Below are positions 48,828-59,205 of a DNA stretch of 64,000 nucleotides, piece by piece. Origin of the DNA: a bacterium (GTDB taxonomy: Bacteria; SAR324; NAC60-12). Below the pieces are notes generated by a model. That model made no database searches, was not told the DNA's origin, and saw only the letters and a list, made by a program, of their open reading frames with translations. The position numbers were made by a program, and so were the translations under genes. The stretch is taken from positions 96,001-160,000 of the forward strand of contig CBDBHR010000030.1 of the NCBI GenBank assembly GCA_965205865.1, written 5' to 3'. Position 1 is the first letter of the stretch. The number at the start of each line of letters is the position of its first letter.

Positions 48828-50817
48828 ATGTCTCTATGGAGTCTCCATAAAACACCCGGTTCAACGCTTTGTCTTCTTCGTTGACGGCAAAATCCTCATC
48901 CTCGATTTCCGAAAGGTTGACGTAGAGTTGGTTCTTATTCAGCAGTTCCGCGAGCAGCTTCTTTTGTTTGTTCAACCCGTTTTCTTCTTTGCCGATTTCA
49001 ATAAAATCATGGACCGTATCTTCTGGCAGTTTCGGGTTCACATACCAATTCAAAAAGGAATTTTCAGCGATGTCTCGCCAGAGGGACACAAGCTCTTCGG
49101 ATGATTGGGCGGCTTGGATTTTGTCCATGTAAGATTCATTGTATTGCATCAGTTCGCAATAGATAAAATCGCCGCCACCTTGCCAGTTGACGGATTTGGA
49201 GATGCCCCCGGTGTCGTATACAATATCCTTGAACAGCGTTTCGTCATTTTTAGCTCTGTTCCCGACGACTTTTTTTAGCCTTTCTAGCGTGATGGTCTCC
49301 ACATAATCCATCTGTTCAACCATCATCCATTGGCGGTTCATCTTGTGGGCAACGGCGGAAGTGGTGGCGGAACCTGCGAAGAAATCAAGAACGATGTCGC
49401 TTTCGTTGGAACCCATGTGAATGATGCGTTGAAGAAGACGTTCTGGTTTAGGAGATGAAAAGGGGTTTTCTGAGAACATACTTTTGATTTCATCTTTGGC
49501 CTCATGATTATGTCCCACCTCTTTATATCCCCAAATAGTAACTGGAGTAAGACCACCCATATCTCGTAAAAAAGTCTTTCTCTGAGGGACTTGATTTTTA
49601 CCTTCTCCTAACCATATCTCATCATTTGCTTCCATTCTTTTCATACTATCATCATTGAATCTTCGGTATGTTCCTGGAGGTGGCGACCAAGTCGAACCGT
49701 TTGCAAACGTATAGGATTTTATACTCGTACCACTTTTGGCATGTAGTGGGGTTGCTTTCCAAGGACCTTTAGGATGGTTATCTGGATTAGAGTAAGCATC
49801 ATCAACAACAGAAGTTCTAAGAAGTTTATTCAACTTCCACTTCTCTTTTTTCTTAACATACAGAATGATATGGTCATGGTTGTCCGAAAAGTATTTTGCA
49901 TCATTAGCTCTGGTATATTTTTTCTGCCAGACTACATTTGCCACAAAATTCTCCCTGCCAAAAACGTCATCACATAACACTTTCAAATAGTGTGCTTCGT
50001 CGTCATCGATATTGATCCAGATTGTCCCATCGTCCCGCAACAATTCCCTCGCCACTTCCAGCCGATTTTTCATAAACGTCAGCCAACTCGAATGGTTGAA
50101 GCTGTCGTTGTAACCGAACGAATCATTTCCCGTATTGTAGGGCGGATCAATATAAATCAGCTTCACCTTGCCCCGGAATTGATTTTTCAGCGTGTGCAAG
50201 GCCAGTAAATTGTTTCCCTTGATGATCAGATTTTCCCGTATCACACCGTTTTCGTCCCGCTTGATTTCCCTAACCTTTTCTTCGCCTTCGACTGTGTGAC
50301 GTTTCCAGTTTGTCAACACTTTCGGGTCAAACATGCGGTCAATCTCGTCATGCGCCAGCACCTCATTGAAGAAAATCTCCTTGCGTTTTTCCTCTTCTTT
50401 CGTCTGTCCACCCTCCAGCACGCAGTCTTTATAGGGCCAGACGAGGGACACCTCACCCCGTTCTCGTAGGAATTTACCGTCGATGTTCAAACCGATCTTA
50501 TTGCGAAAACGGGTGTATGAACTGGCGAGGAAATTTTTGTCGGAGATGTAGTCGATGAAGGTATTGAAATTGAAGACCCAGTGCCCTTCGATCTCATCAA
50601 AGAACTTTGCCTTGACGTCGATTTCACGGAGCAGCAGCCTGACTAGTTCGTGATCGATCTTCCATGCCCGGTCGATCACCGCCGCCTTGACCAATTCACC
50701 CTCCTCGTCAACGAAGCGAGGGTCAGTTTTAAGCAGTTCGATCAGTTTTTGGTAGAAGATGTTTTGCATGTTGTCGTCCTTATCACTTGTTTTTGCCAGT
50801 TCAGCATTTCGTGTCAC
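48814..50817 (-). CDS. mod: Type III R-M adenine methyltransferase Mod
   Basis: IYIDPPYNTG (motif IV) precedes DFFAGSATT (motif I); overlaps res. Confidence 0.93.
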   Translation of the reverse strand: MTRNAELAKTSDKDDNMQNIFYQKLIELLKTDPRFVDEEGELVKAAVIDRAWKIDHELVRLLLREIDVKAKFFDEIEGHWVFNFNTFIDYISDKNFLASSYTRFRNKIGLNIDGKFLRERGEVSLVWPYKDCVLEGGQTKEEEKRKEIFFNEVLAHDEIDRMFDPKVLTNWKRHTVEGEEKVREIKRDENGVIRENLIIKGNNLLALHTLKNQFRGKVKLIYIDPPYNTGNDSFGYNDSFNHSSWLTFMKNRLEVARELLRDDGTIWINIDDDEAHYLKVLCDDVFGRENFVANVVWQKKYTRANDAKYFSDNHDHIILYVKKKEKWKLNKLLRTSVVDDAYSNPDNHPKGPWKATPLHAKSGTSIKSYTFANGSTWSPPPGTYRRFNDDSMKRMEANDEIWLGEGKNQVPQRKTFLRDMGGLTPVTIWGYKEVGHNHEAKDEIKSMFSENPFSSPKPERLLQRIIHMGSNESDIVLDFFAGSATTSAVAHKMNRQWMMVEQMDYVETITLERLKKVVGNRAKNDETLFKDIVYDTGGISKSVNWQGGGDFIYCELMQYNESYMDKIQAAQSSEELVSLWRDIAENSFLNWYVNPKLPEDTVHDFIEIGKEENGLNKQKKLLAELLNKNQLYVNLSEIEDEDFAVNEEDKALNRVFYGDSIETCDGR

Positions 50818-50878
50818 TTGCCTATAAGTGCGACGTGCATTTTAGAGAAATATGCGAGTGATTCCGGCAGTGGGCGGA

Positions 50879-51487
50879 TCAATTGACGATCGAGTGAATG
50901 GTTTCACAAAGGTTTTGAATATATTCTACGGCCTGCACGGAGTCATTGCGGAAAATTGGCCAACGGATTCCAATTCCGGAATAGCTCGGATCCAAGTCGG
51001 CCTCATGCGTAATTTTGTTTCGACGTTCCACTATAAGTTGAAGCCGGGTTTTTACGTCTTGCACCGTCAGGCCGAGTTGCGAAGCAACAGACGGCCACAA
51101 CTCAGACGAGGAAAAGAGCCGTACCGCATCCGCTATCTTGCCTGGGTGTTGGAATGCCAAGTACCCATGTTTCTCACGGATTTCCGTCTCAAACCAGTTA
51201 TTCGTGCTTGATCCTGCGAGTCCTGTCATAGCTGCACCAATAGTCACTTGAAAGCGCTGGAATGCGTCGGTCGGAAGGTGTTTCCCATGGTATACTTCTA
51301 ACATTCCAAAGCGCACTATTTCGTGGATGTAGTGGTCAAGAGAACTAACGGCCAATACAATTTGCGTGCGTAAAAGATCGCTCGCATCCAAGACGGGGGT
51401 GGTCAATTGATCGAGTGCCTCATACAATCCACCAATGGCGCGTACTCGTTCAATATTTTCACGAAATTGTTGAATCGTTGCGAGCAT
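50879..51487 (-). CDS. Stand-alone HEPN-domain protein (predicted RNase)
   Basis: Helical protein with DLLR..IV..VS.LDHY.HE and an Rx4H motif RNKITH. Confidence 0.82.
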   Translation of the reverse strand: MLATIQQFRENIERVRAIGGLYEALDQLTTPVLDASDLLRTQIVLAVSSLDHYIHEIVRFGMLEVYHGKHLPTDAFQRFQVTIGAAMTGLAGSSTNNWFETEIREKHGYLAFQHPGKIADAVRLFSSSELWPSVASQLGLTVQDVKTRLQLIVERRNKITHEADLDPSYSGIGIRWPIFRNDSVQAVEYIQNLCETIHSIVN

Positions 51488-52541
51488 GATCGATGAGCTT
51501 TATTATTTTATCCGCACCGTCGGCGTACAAATCCCGAAACCGATGCATGGATTCCCTAGTTGTTTCAAGCACTACCCCTGTTTGTTCAAGTTGCTCGTCA
51601 TTTAAGCCAAAAACCGGCGCTTGGTGTTTTTGTGAAAGAGCAATCAGACTATTGAAGTCTGACATCTGAATGAGCGGTTGTCCTATTTGCAAGTTAACCT
51701 CTTCGTATACCCGACCTGGAAGTAACATATTATTTTCATTTAAAACAGGAATGAGCTTTGTCTTTATTCCTTTCTCTATTTCCTTGACCCACTCCTGGAA
51801 TGCGGCAGAAGGAAAATTTCCCTCTCGCAATCGATACTTCTGAACAATCGTTCCGAGAAACTTGGGGTTCTTATCAGGGAAAGGGTAACTTGCGTTCTTT
51901 AAAACAGGTAATGATTGTGCTTGTTTTGCCCAAGCTGACCACTTGGGCAACACGGATGCAAGGCTATTCGTTGCCATTACTGAGAAATAGTCCAGAGTCA
52001 TTGGTACGATAAAATAGTCACTCGTCATTATCAAATTTTGGTTTATCGGACTCAAGCTCGGATTCATATCCACCAGAATGAAATCAGCGTTGTACTTTTC
52101 AGCAGTCAGAGAAAAGAGGTGGTGCAGGGCTCCGGGCAAATTCTGGAGAGTCACCAGTGAGCCGGAAAGTTCCTGAGCAATACCCAAGATGACTTCGTAT
52201 TCAGCGAGACCAATGTGACCTGGTAAAAGGTGCATGTCAGGCTGGCCGTTGATTGATTCACAGACCACAGGTTCAATAGCCACTGGTCGAGATTCAAAAG
52301 CTGGTGAAAGACCGTCCCGGATGTTTCGCACTTCATCCGAAACATAAATTGATTTAAAATCCTCATTAAAATCCTCGAATCCCTTAAATCCGAGGACCAT
52401 GCCCGTGAGGTTACACTGGGGGTCGCAGTCGGCGATGATAACCCTCTTCCCCTTGTTTGCCAGCATCCAGCCGAGGTTGAAGGTGGTTGTTGTCTTGCCG
52501 ACACCACCCTTATGATTGAAAAGTGAAATTTGTTTCACCAT
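51459..52541 (-). CDS. Long ParA/Soj-like ATPase
   Basis: GGAG RBS; NHKGGVGKTT deviant Walker A, D.DPQCNLT, ILVDMNPS; ~360 aa; overlaps the HEPN gene by 29 bp. Confidence 0.9.
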   Translation of the reverse strand: MVKQISLFNHKGGVGKTTTTFNLGWMLANKGKRVIIADCDPQCNLTGMVLGFKGFEDFNEDFKSIYVSDEVRNIRDGLSPAFESRPVAIEPVVCESINGQPDMHLLPGHIGLAEYEVILGIAQELSGSLVTLQNLPGALHHLFSLTAEKYNADFILVDMNPSLSPINQNLIMTSDYFIVPMTLDYFSVMATNSLASVLPKWSAWAKQAQSLPVLKNASYPFPDKNPKFLGTIVQKYRLREGNFPSAAFQEWVKEIEKGIKTKLIPVLNENNMLLPGRVYEEVNLQIGQPLIQMSDFNSLIALSQKHQAPVFGLNDEQLEQTGVVLETTRESMHRFRDLYADGADKIIKLIDHARNDSTIS

Positions 52542-52664
52542 TTGATCAACTCCTTTCAAGTTACTTTAACAACTTGATGGTTAAAAATGTATGCATCGTA
52601 ATTGTGGGGGATGTGTTTTGAGCAAGTTAATCAGTTTCTCATTGAGTTTTATACATGTTGGGTC

Positions 52665-53575
52665 CTATTTCATCTCCTCATCAGCTCTCGCCAATAAAAG
52701 AATGTTTGAGGCAGTCAAGTGAAGCGCGTAGGCGGTTAAGGATTCCGGAACAGAGACTATTCCGGTTCCCTGTCCGTGCCCCGACTTTTGATTACGAATC
52801 GTGGGAACGCCAGCCTCCAACGTGCTCCTCAGACCCGTGAAATGCGACTCCATGAAGACTGGAATCAACTTGTACTGGTATACAATGTCAATCAGATACC
52901 TGGCGGAATCTTTATTACCGTATTTCCATCCTCTTTTTTTACAAATCGTTTTGAGACAACTCTCGAATGCTTTGAGGCAGTCGTTCAGGCACTCTTTATA
53001 CTTCTCGCTCGATAGTGCCCGTGCGCGCTTAAAAATTCCGTATTCGCTCCTTTGTACATCGGTGCGGAAAGCACACTCAATGCGGGCTTTATCACTTCAG
53101 AGTGGATCAACTGGGAATCCACCCTGATGATTTGGCCGGATTCGTACTGGAACCCCACGCCTTGTTCATGGAACCGGAAATTCAATTCATCAATCGCATT
53201 GTCAAATATTAGTCTATCTCTTTCTTGGAGGTTGTCATTTAGAAATTGGAATGAAAGTTCAATGACATCAATTACTTCTTCGACTTCCTTTGTTTGCAGA
53301 AAGAAGTTGGCGACTGACTCGAAGTCTGAATCATGGGGTTTGCCAAGCGTGAAGACACCGTATTCACGGCACAAGGCTTTGTGGATGAACACAAATTCGT
53401 GAGCATTGCTGTCGGGACCCCAATTGGGATTATAGTAGAGTTCCCCGAAAGCATCCTCCAAGATCTGGACAACTTGAACCCGTAATTGGTTGGGAATGGA
53501 CTCGTATTGGTACACGTCGGGAACTTCACCCCGACTTCGTTTCTGGCGTTTTGAGAAAAGGTCAGTGACCGGCAT
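52665..53575 (-). pseudogene. AbiJ-like abortive infection protein with C-terminal HEPN, 1-bp frameshift at ~53007
   Basis: FSKRQK...DVYQY..IP..LRVQ N-terminus; after the shift KYKECLNDCLKAFES...GVPTIRNQKSGHGQG (Rx5H). Confidence 0.78.
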
Positions 53576-53668
53576 ATTACACTCTTCCCCCGCGATTTTT
53601 ATATCGTTGTACTTGAATCTAGGTATGAAAGCCTTGACCTGTATTTATACCACTTCCCCCTCCTCATT

Positions 53669-54808
53669 TCAAGGCATTGGGGATCGGAAACGGCCGGTGC
53701 AGATTTGCTGGAACAGATTTTGAAAGAGGCAGCGCGCTTCTTTTGCATTGTATTTGAATTGCAGATCGAGATCCGCCATTCGAGTCACGATTTGTTCCAA
53801 TTCTTGCAGAGTGAAGGAGCGTGCTTGAGCCATCAAGCGTTTGCCCAGGAAGGGATGGATCTTGAGTTTGGGCAGGATCACAGAGGGGGGGAGATCTTGC
53901 TGTTGGAAGTAATGGATGCTCAATAACCTGCGAAATTGCTGGGAGACCAGGACAAACAAACCGACATGCCCCGAGGGGGTTTCCAGTAAGATTTGATCCA
54001 GTGTTTCCAGAGCCCCCACCAGATCTTTATGAGAGAGTGAGTGGGTGATGCGAAAAATAGAGAAGGACTTGGCGCCCCGCACGTGTTCGAGCAGTGTTTC
54101 CTCATTCAAGAGTAGCGCATTTTTGCGAGGATGATCCCCTTCGACAGACTGTAAAGACAACAGGGAGAGTTTTTCTAATTCCTGGTCCAGGATGTTGAGA
54201 TCAATGCCAAGCAATTCTATGAGCAATCGGGCAAGCTGTGGCGTTATCGAGATTTGTTTCTGCCGACCTCGGGCGATGATCCAGGCAATGGGTTTATCGT
54301 CGTCATAGGCCATAAATTTTTGGATACTGCCCCGGAGCTTTATGGTCTTCAGCAGAGGGGAACTGAGATCCTGCTCGCGCGTGGCCACCGCAGTCAGGAT
54401 GAAAAAACAGGAATCCGGAGGTGTGGTAAGGTACTTCAGCAGTGTATGAAACAAACGGTTGCCGGACAGCGTGGTCGGCTGAGTGATGACGGAATCCACA
54501 ACCTCGCGTTGGCGTTTCGCCGGACTGTTTTGTTTTCCCCGAGGCTGTTTCAGTTTTTCCAAATGATCCAAACGAATTATCTTGCGATCCGACAAAAAAG
54601 GCAGCGTGTCACAACTCAAGCAAAAGTCGTCCACTTTTTCATTTGCGCCTTCACTGTCGTCCTTGAGCAGTTCCGTGACGTCAAACCGTTGCAATGTGAA
54701 TTCCACATCGCGGTCCTCCAGAAGGGTCTGAATCAGCGTGGCCGCAGATTCGTCGATCTGCAATTGCTGATTGCCATAAAGCAATTGAATTGGTTTTGGA
54801 GTCGTCAT
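53669..54808 (-). CDS. holA: DNA polymerase III delta subunit
   Basis: LLYG, TLPFLSDRKII, L.QELEKL.L, IF.IT, KIHPF, LD...K. Confidence 0.85.
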   Translation of the reverse strand: MTTPKPIQLLYGNQQLQIDESAATLIQTLLEDRDVEFTLQRFDVTELLKDDSEGANEKVDDFCLSCDTLPFLSDRKIIRLDHLEKLKQPRGKQNSPAKRQREVVDSVITQPTTLSGNRLFHTLLKYLTTPPDSCFFILTAVATREQDLSSPLLKTIKLRGSIQKFMAYDDDKPIAWIIARGRQKQISITPQLARLLIELLGIDLNILDQELEKLSLLSLQSVEGDHPRKNALLLNEETLLEHVRGAKSFSIFRITHSLSHKDLVGALETLDQILLETPSGHVGLFVLVSQQFRRLLSIHYFQQQDLPPSVILPKLKIHPFLGKRLMAQARSFTLQELEQIVTRMADLDLQFKYNAKEARCLFQNLFQQICTGRFRSPMP

Positions 54809-57120
54809 GCGGAAGGCGGAGAGGTAAAGAATTTAAAGAAGGTCTGCACCAAATTTCTCACTTCTTCTGCCGAAGAAGCTTGCAGCGCGGATTTTGCCAG
54901 TTCTTCCGCTTCGGCAAGCGTGATATAGGAGAGCCGTTCTTTGACGACTGGTATCAGGGATGCGGTCATGCTCAGATAGCGCAGACCCATGCCAATCAGA
55001 ATGATGCATCCGTCCGGATCTGATGCCATTTCTCCACACAATTCGATTGGTTTATTGTGCTTGTTGGCGCATTCGATTAAATGTTTGATGAGATTGAGCA
55101 CTGAAGGGTGCAAGGGGTCATACAAATGGGCAACACGGGGATTGTTGCGGTCCACCGCCAGCACATATTGGGTCAAGTCATTGCTACCAATCGCAAGAAA
55201 GTTGATTTCAGAAATGAAGGCTTCACACATCACCACCGCAGCCGGGACTTCAAACATCATGCCTATTGGGATGTTCGGTGTTTCGATGCCCTCCTTTTGC
55301 AACTCCTGTCTGCATTCCTGAAAAATGTCACTGGCGAACCGGATTTCGTTGAGATGACTGATCATGGGAAAGATCAAAAAAATGTTTTTTCGACCCTTGG
55401 CATCGTTTTTTCTTTGCGATGCAGCAATGAGAATGGCTTTGACCTGTCTTTTCAGCAGTTCGGGATTTTCTATCTGCTGGCGGATGGCCCGATTTCCCAT
55501 AAATGGATTTCCCTCCTGGCTCAGACCCATATAAGGCGCTGATTTGTCCGCACCTATGTCCAAAGTACGGAATACGACTGACTGATGGCTTTCCACACTT
55601 TCAATGATTTTGGAATAGACCGCCACTTGCTCTTCAACGCTGGGGTAGTGATCCAGGGACAAAAAAAAGATTTCAGAACGATACAATCCAATGCCTTCTG
55701 CTCCATAATGAGGAATCGTACTGGTTTCACTGAGCAAGCCGATATTGGCCAGGACATGAATGCGGACCCCATCGACCGTTTGACAACTTTTCTCCCGATA
55801 CTCATCCAGGTGGTTTAGATATTCCTCTTGTTGCGATAACATTTTTTGAAATTCAGTATAGACTTCTTCGCCAGGATTGTTGATCAAATAGCCATGCTCT
55901 CCGTCCACTGCCAGAATATCTCCCTCATGAATTTCTTCAATTTCTTCATCGGTGATACAAACCGCGGGAATAAAACGAGATCTTGCCAATATCGCTGCAT
56001 GAGAGGCAGCTCCACCGGCGGAAGTGACAATCCCTTTAATTGTTTCGGAGTCGAATTGCGCCACATCTCCAGGTAACAATTGTTTGCTGACCAATATTCC
56101 TTCCTGCTGGGAGAATGAGATGCGACCATATCCCAAATGACGAAGGAGCCGATATCCCATGTCCTTCAAATCGACTCCGCGTTCACGCAAATAAGGATCG
56201 TTAATGGTTTCAAATGCTCGGAAATATTCTTCAATCACTTGATATATAGCCCATGCAGCCGACGTCCCTTTTCGAATATATCGAATGATTTTATTCTGAA
56301 ATCCATGATCTTCCAAAAACATGAGATGCGCGTGGAATATAGCCGCTTCTTCCGCACCCAGATATTGAGACACTTTGTCAATGAGTTCCAGTGTTTCGGT
56401 GGTGGTCTTTTCCAGAACCCGATGGAATATCTCCAACTCTTTTTCCGAGCTGTGATCTATTGTTTTTTCCGGTTCATCCAGAGCATGCTCCTGCACCAAA
56501 ACGGCTTTTCCCAAAGCAACACCAGGCGCAACCGGCGTTCCCGTGATGCGCATACTTTTTTTACCAAGAGGTGGGATGGTTAGTGAAGATTTATCGAGAT
56601 GTTCGATCAATAAAGCTTTGGAAATGACCCCCGCAATTTGAGAGGCAATCGTCACCAATATGTGTTCTTCCTCTTGTGTAAAATCACGGCTTTCCCGGGT
56701 GTGCAGACCAATCACCCCGAAGGCTTTACGGTGTTCGATCAGGGGAACTCCCAGAAAAGAGTGATACAAATCTTCATTAGTTTGAGGAAAGTGTTTGAAA
56801 CGGGGGTGGCTTTTCATCTCGGCAACCTGGACTGGTGTAGAGGTTTCCAGAACCAGTCCAACCAGTCCTTCGGAAGGGGACATTTTGACTTGGCCGACAG
56901 CCTCCTGATTGAGACCGTGAGTTGCGCGGAGGGTTAATTTGTTTTCATTGCCATCATAAACATAAATGGTGCAAGCATCCACATTGATCCGCTCTGCAAC
57001 CATTTTTGCCGTATGAAACAATGTTTCTTCAGCATCGTGGGATGATGTGATGACATGACTGATGTCAGCCAGCGTTTGTAGAGCCGATGTCTTTTCAGTG
57101 GAGAGGAAGTCATCTCGCAT
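54805..57120 (-). CDS. ptsP: PTS enzyme I-Ntr (GAF + PEP-protein phosphotransferase)
   Basis: N-terminal GAF domain, SHAAILAR phospho-His, GIGLYRSE, RTLDIGADK, IGSNDLTQY, CGEMA. Confidence 0.93.
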   Translation of the reverse strand: MRDDFLSTEKTSALQTLADISHVITSSHDAEETLFHTAKMVAERINVDACTIYVYDGNENKLTLRATHGLNQEAVGQVKMSPSEGLVGLVLETSTPVQVAEMKSHPRFKHFPQTNEDLYHSFLGVPLIEHRKAFGVIGLHTRESRDFTQEEEHILVTIASQIAGVISKALLIEHLDKSSLTIPPLGKKSMRITGTPVAPGVALGKAVLVQEHALDEPEKTIDHSSEKELEIFHRVLEKTTTETLELIDKVSQYLGAEEAAIFHAHLMFLEDHGFQNKIIRYIRKGTSAAWAIYQVIEEYFRAFETINDPYLRERGVDLKDMGYRLLRHLGYGRISFSQQEGILVSKQLLPGDVAQFDSETIKGIVTSAGGAASHAAILARSRFIPAVCITDEEIEEIHEGDILAVDGEHGYLINNPGEEVYTEFQKMLSQQEEYLNHLDEYREKSCQTVDGVRIHVLANIGLLSETSTIPHYGAEGIGLYRSEIFFLSLDHYPSVEEQVAVYSKIIESVESHQSVVFRTLDIGADKSAPYMGLSQEGNPFMGNRAIRQQIENPELLKRQVKAILIAASQRKNDAKGRKNIFLIFPMISHLNEIRFASDIFQECRQELQKEGIETPNIPIGMMFEVPAAVVMCEAFISEINFLAIGSNDLTQYVLAVDRNNPRVAHLYDPLHPSVLNLIKHLIECANKHNKPIELCGEMASDPDGCIILIGMGLRYLSMTASLIPVVKERLSYITLAEAEELAKSALQASSAEEVRNLVQTFFKFFTSPPSA

Positions 57121-57155
57121 TCCTCTCCTTTCCCTGCGAACTGCCTTTGCAGCAT

Positions 57156-57506
<351 letters not shown>

Positions 57507-57602
57507 TTATTTGATGGTTTTTGCCTAATCCGGCCTGACTCTCCCCACCACTCCTGAAAAGAGACCCGGAGGGACGGGGTATGAACCAAATGTTGCTTCA
57601 TC

Positions 57603-57618
57603 AGCAAAGAGCATGCCA
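57603..57618 (-). promoter_or_regulatory. Sigma54 (-24/-12) promoter upstream of glnB
   Basis: Minus strand TGGCATGCTCTTTGCT = GG-N10-GC consensus. Confidence 0.75.
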
Positions 57619-57835
57619 GAGAAATTTGCTGGTGCCAGCTCTTTTATTTTCTGGGATGCAGAGCCATTATACTTTCAGCTTGTTACTCGACTTTGACGGG
57701 AATTGCTCAAAAACAGGCTTTTTTCGAGAATAAGATTAAAAAACAGACGTTCCCGGATTGGGTCTGATTACGGCTGCCTCTCCCATCCATGATTCTCTTC
57801 ACGATAACCATGGTCGCGCTTGATAGGAATATAAA

Positions 57836-58906
57836 TTATCTGGTTTTAGAGCAGTTGTAAAGTCTTATGAATCGTTTCAAGAGCTTGGTTGAGGAATAAT
57901 TTCCAATCAAGTCGAAGGATTGAAAATGACCTCCATAGGACTCTACAAGCTTTTTTTCTTCGGCAATCCGTTTTTTCTCAAAACTTCCACCTTTGATATG
58001 CAACTGAGGTTTGATTTGAGTAAGAGAGGAAAGAGGAGTCTCTCCCGAAAACGGGACGACATAGTCCACGCATCGCAAAGCAGCCAGGGCTTGCATTCTT
58101 TCCTGTTGTTTGAATATAGGACGTTGTGGTCCTTTTTGGGCCATGATTGATTGGTCATCATTGACCAGCACCAATAACACACCTCCCCATGCTTTAGCTT
58201 GCTGCAGGTAGCGCAAGTGGCCAAGATGGAGGATATCAAAGCTGCCATTGGTGGTGATCAGGAATTCCTGCAGTTCGTGTTGCTCATCGACAAACGCGGA
58301 TAGCTCTTCCGGAACGAGAATGGGCATTGGAATTGTTTCGTCCAGGTAAGGGGAGAATTCTTCAGATTGAATGATGGAAGGATAAGAAATTTGCAATTTT
58401 TCTGCGATCCTGGAAAATGCATATTCTGTGGCGTTCACTTCACCGACCGGGACTTCAATGTGTTCGACAGGTACATCATCGGAATTCCCGGAAGGAGTTT
58501 GGACAAAGGCCGTACGGCAATGCGATGTTTCCATTTGTGGAGAGGTGAATTTCAGGAACTTATCGGGTTTAAAAATCTTCAGAAAATTGTCCACGCCACC
58601 GGACAGGCATACAACGGCATCAACATGTCGAGTACCCAAAAGCATTTCTGCTCTTTCCTGGAATTGGCATAAGGGGCGATGTTTGCCATATTTGTTCTGC
58701 ATGAATGCATCCGCAAATAAACCGACAATCAAAAAATCGCATCGCGTTTTGGCAGCATGAAGCGGGATGTGATGGGCAGCTTGGAACAGATCAAACTCTC
58801 CGGTGAGGAATCCGTTGGTGCCGGAAGGGGGTTTTTTTTGCAGATGAGCCACTAAGGCGTGAGGGGTTTCAAAAAAATGTGAGAGAGACATGCTGTATAG
58901 AGACAT
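57836..58906 (-). CDS. Tandem cytidylyltransferase-like protein (RfaE/HldE domain II, twice)
   Basis: C-terminal TNGSFDILHLGH..KGP.RP..SST; N-terminal degenerate GEFDLFQAAH..RP...ER. Confidence 0.8.
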   Translation of the reverse strand: MSLYSMSLSHFFETPHALVAHLQKKPPSGTNGFLTGEFDLFQAAHHIPLHAAKTRCDFLIVGLFADAFMQNKYGKHRPLCQFQERAEMLLGTRHVDAVVCLSGGVDNFLKIFKPDKFLKFTSPQMETSHCRTAFVQTPSGNSDDVPVEHIEVPVGEVNATEYAFSRIAEKLQISYPSIIQSEEFSPYLDETIPMPILVPEELSAFVDEQHELQEFLITTNGSFDILHLGHLRYLQQAKAWGGVLLVLVNDDQSIMAQKGPQRPIFKQQERMQALAALRCVDYVVPFSGETPLSSLTQIKPQLHIKGGSFEKKRIAEEKKLVESYGGHFQSFDLIGNYSSTKLLKRFIRLYNCSKTR

Positions 58907-59205
58907 TAAGAGCTTCGAAGAAATGATCCTTTCAGATGAGAAAGATCACGGATGAAAATGGCTCCTGTCATTGGGTTGTCCGAAAATAATTGTTTTTGTA
59001 TCTCTTTTATTAAAAATTTTGACATGAACGGAAAAAATTTGCCAAACAAATTGTCTGCAAGAGACAGGTAAATTATTGGCATTTGGAAATGAATTCCCTC
59101 CAAATGGCATTCATCGTTCTGTCTTTTTTCACTAAAAATGTTATACTTGGAAAAAATTTAATTCACACTGAAGGCATAGATGCTTTGCGGTTTTCATGGA
59201 ATAAA

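Noticed and set aside
51459-52541. Chromosome or plasmid partitioning parA
   Set aside because: No parB or replicon nearby, oversized, and coupled to a HEPN gene in a defence context
57563-57578. Solo REP-like GACCCGGAGGGAC upstream of glnB
   Set aside because: Single short imperfect match without the companion palindrome; may be chance
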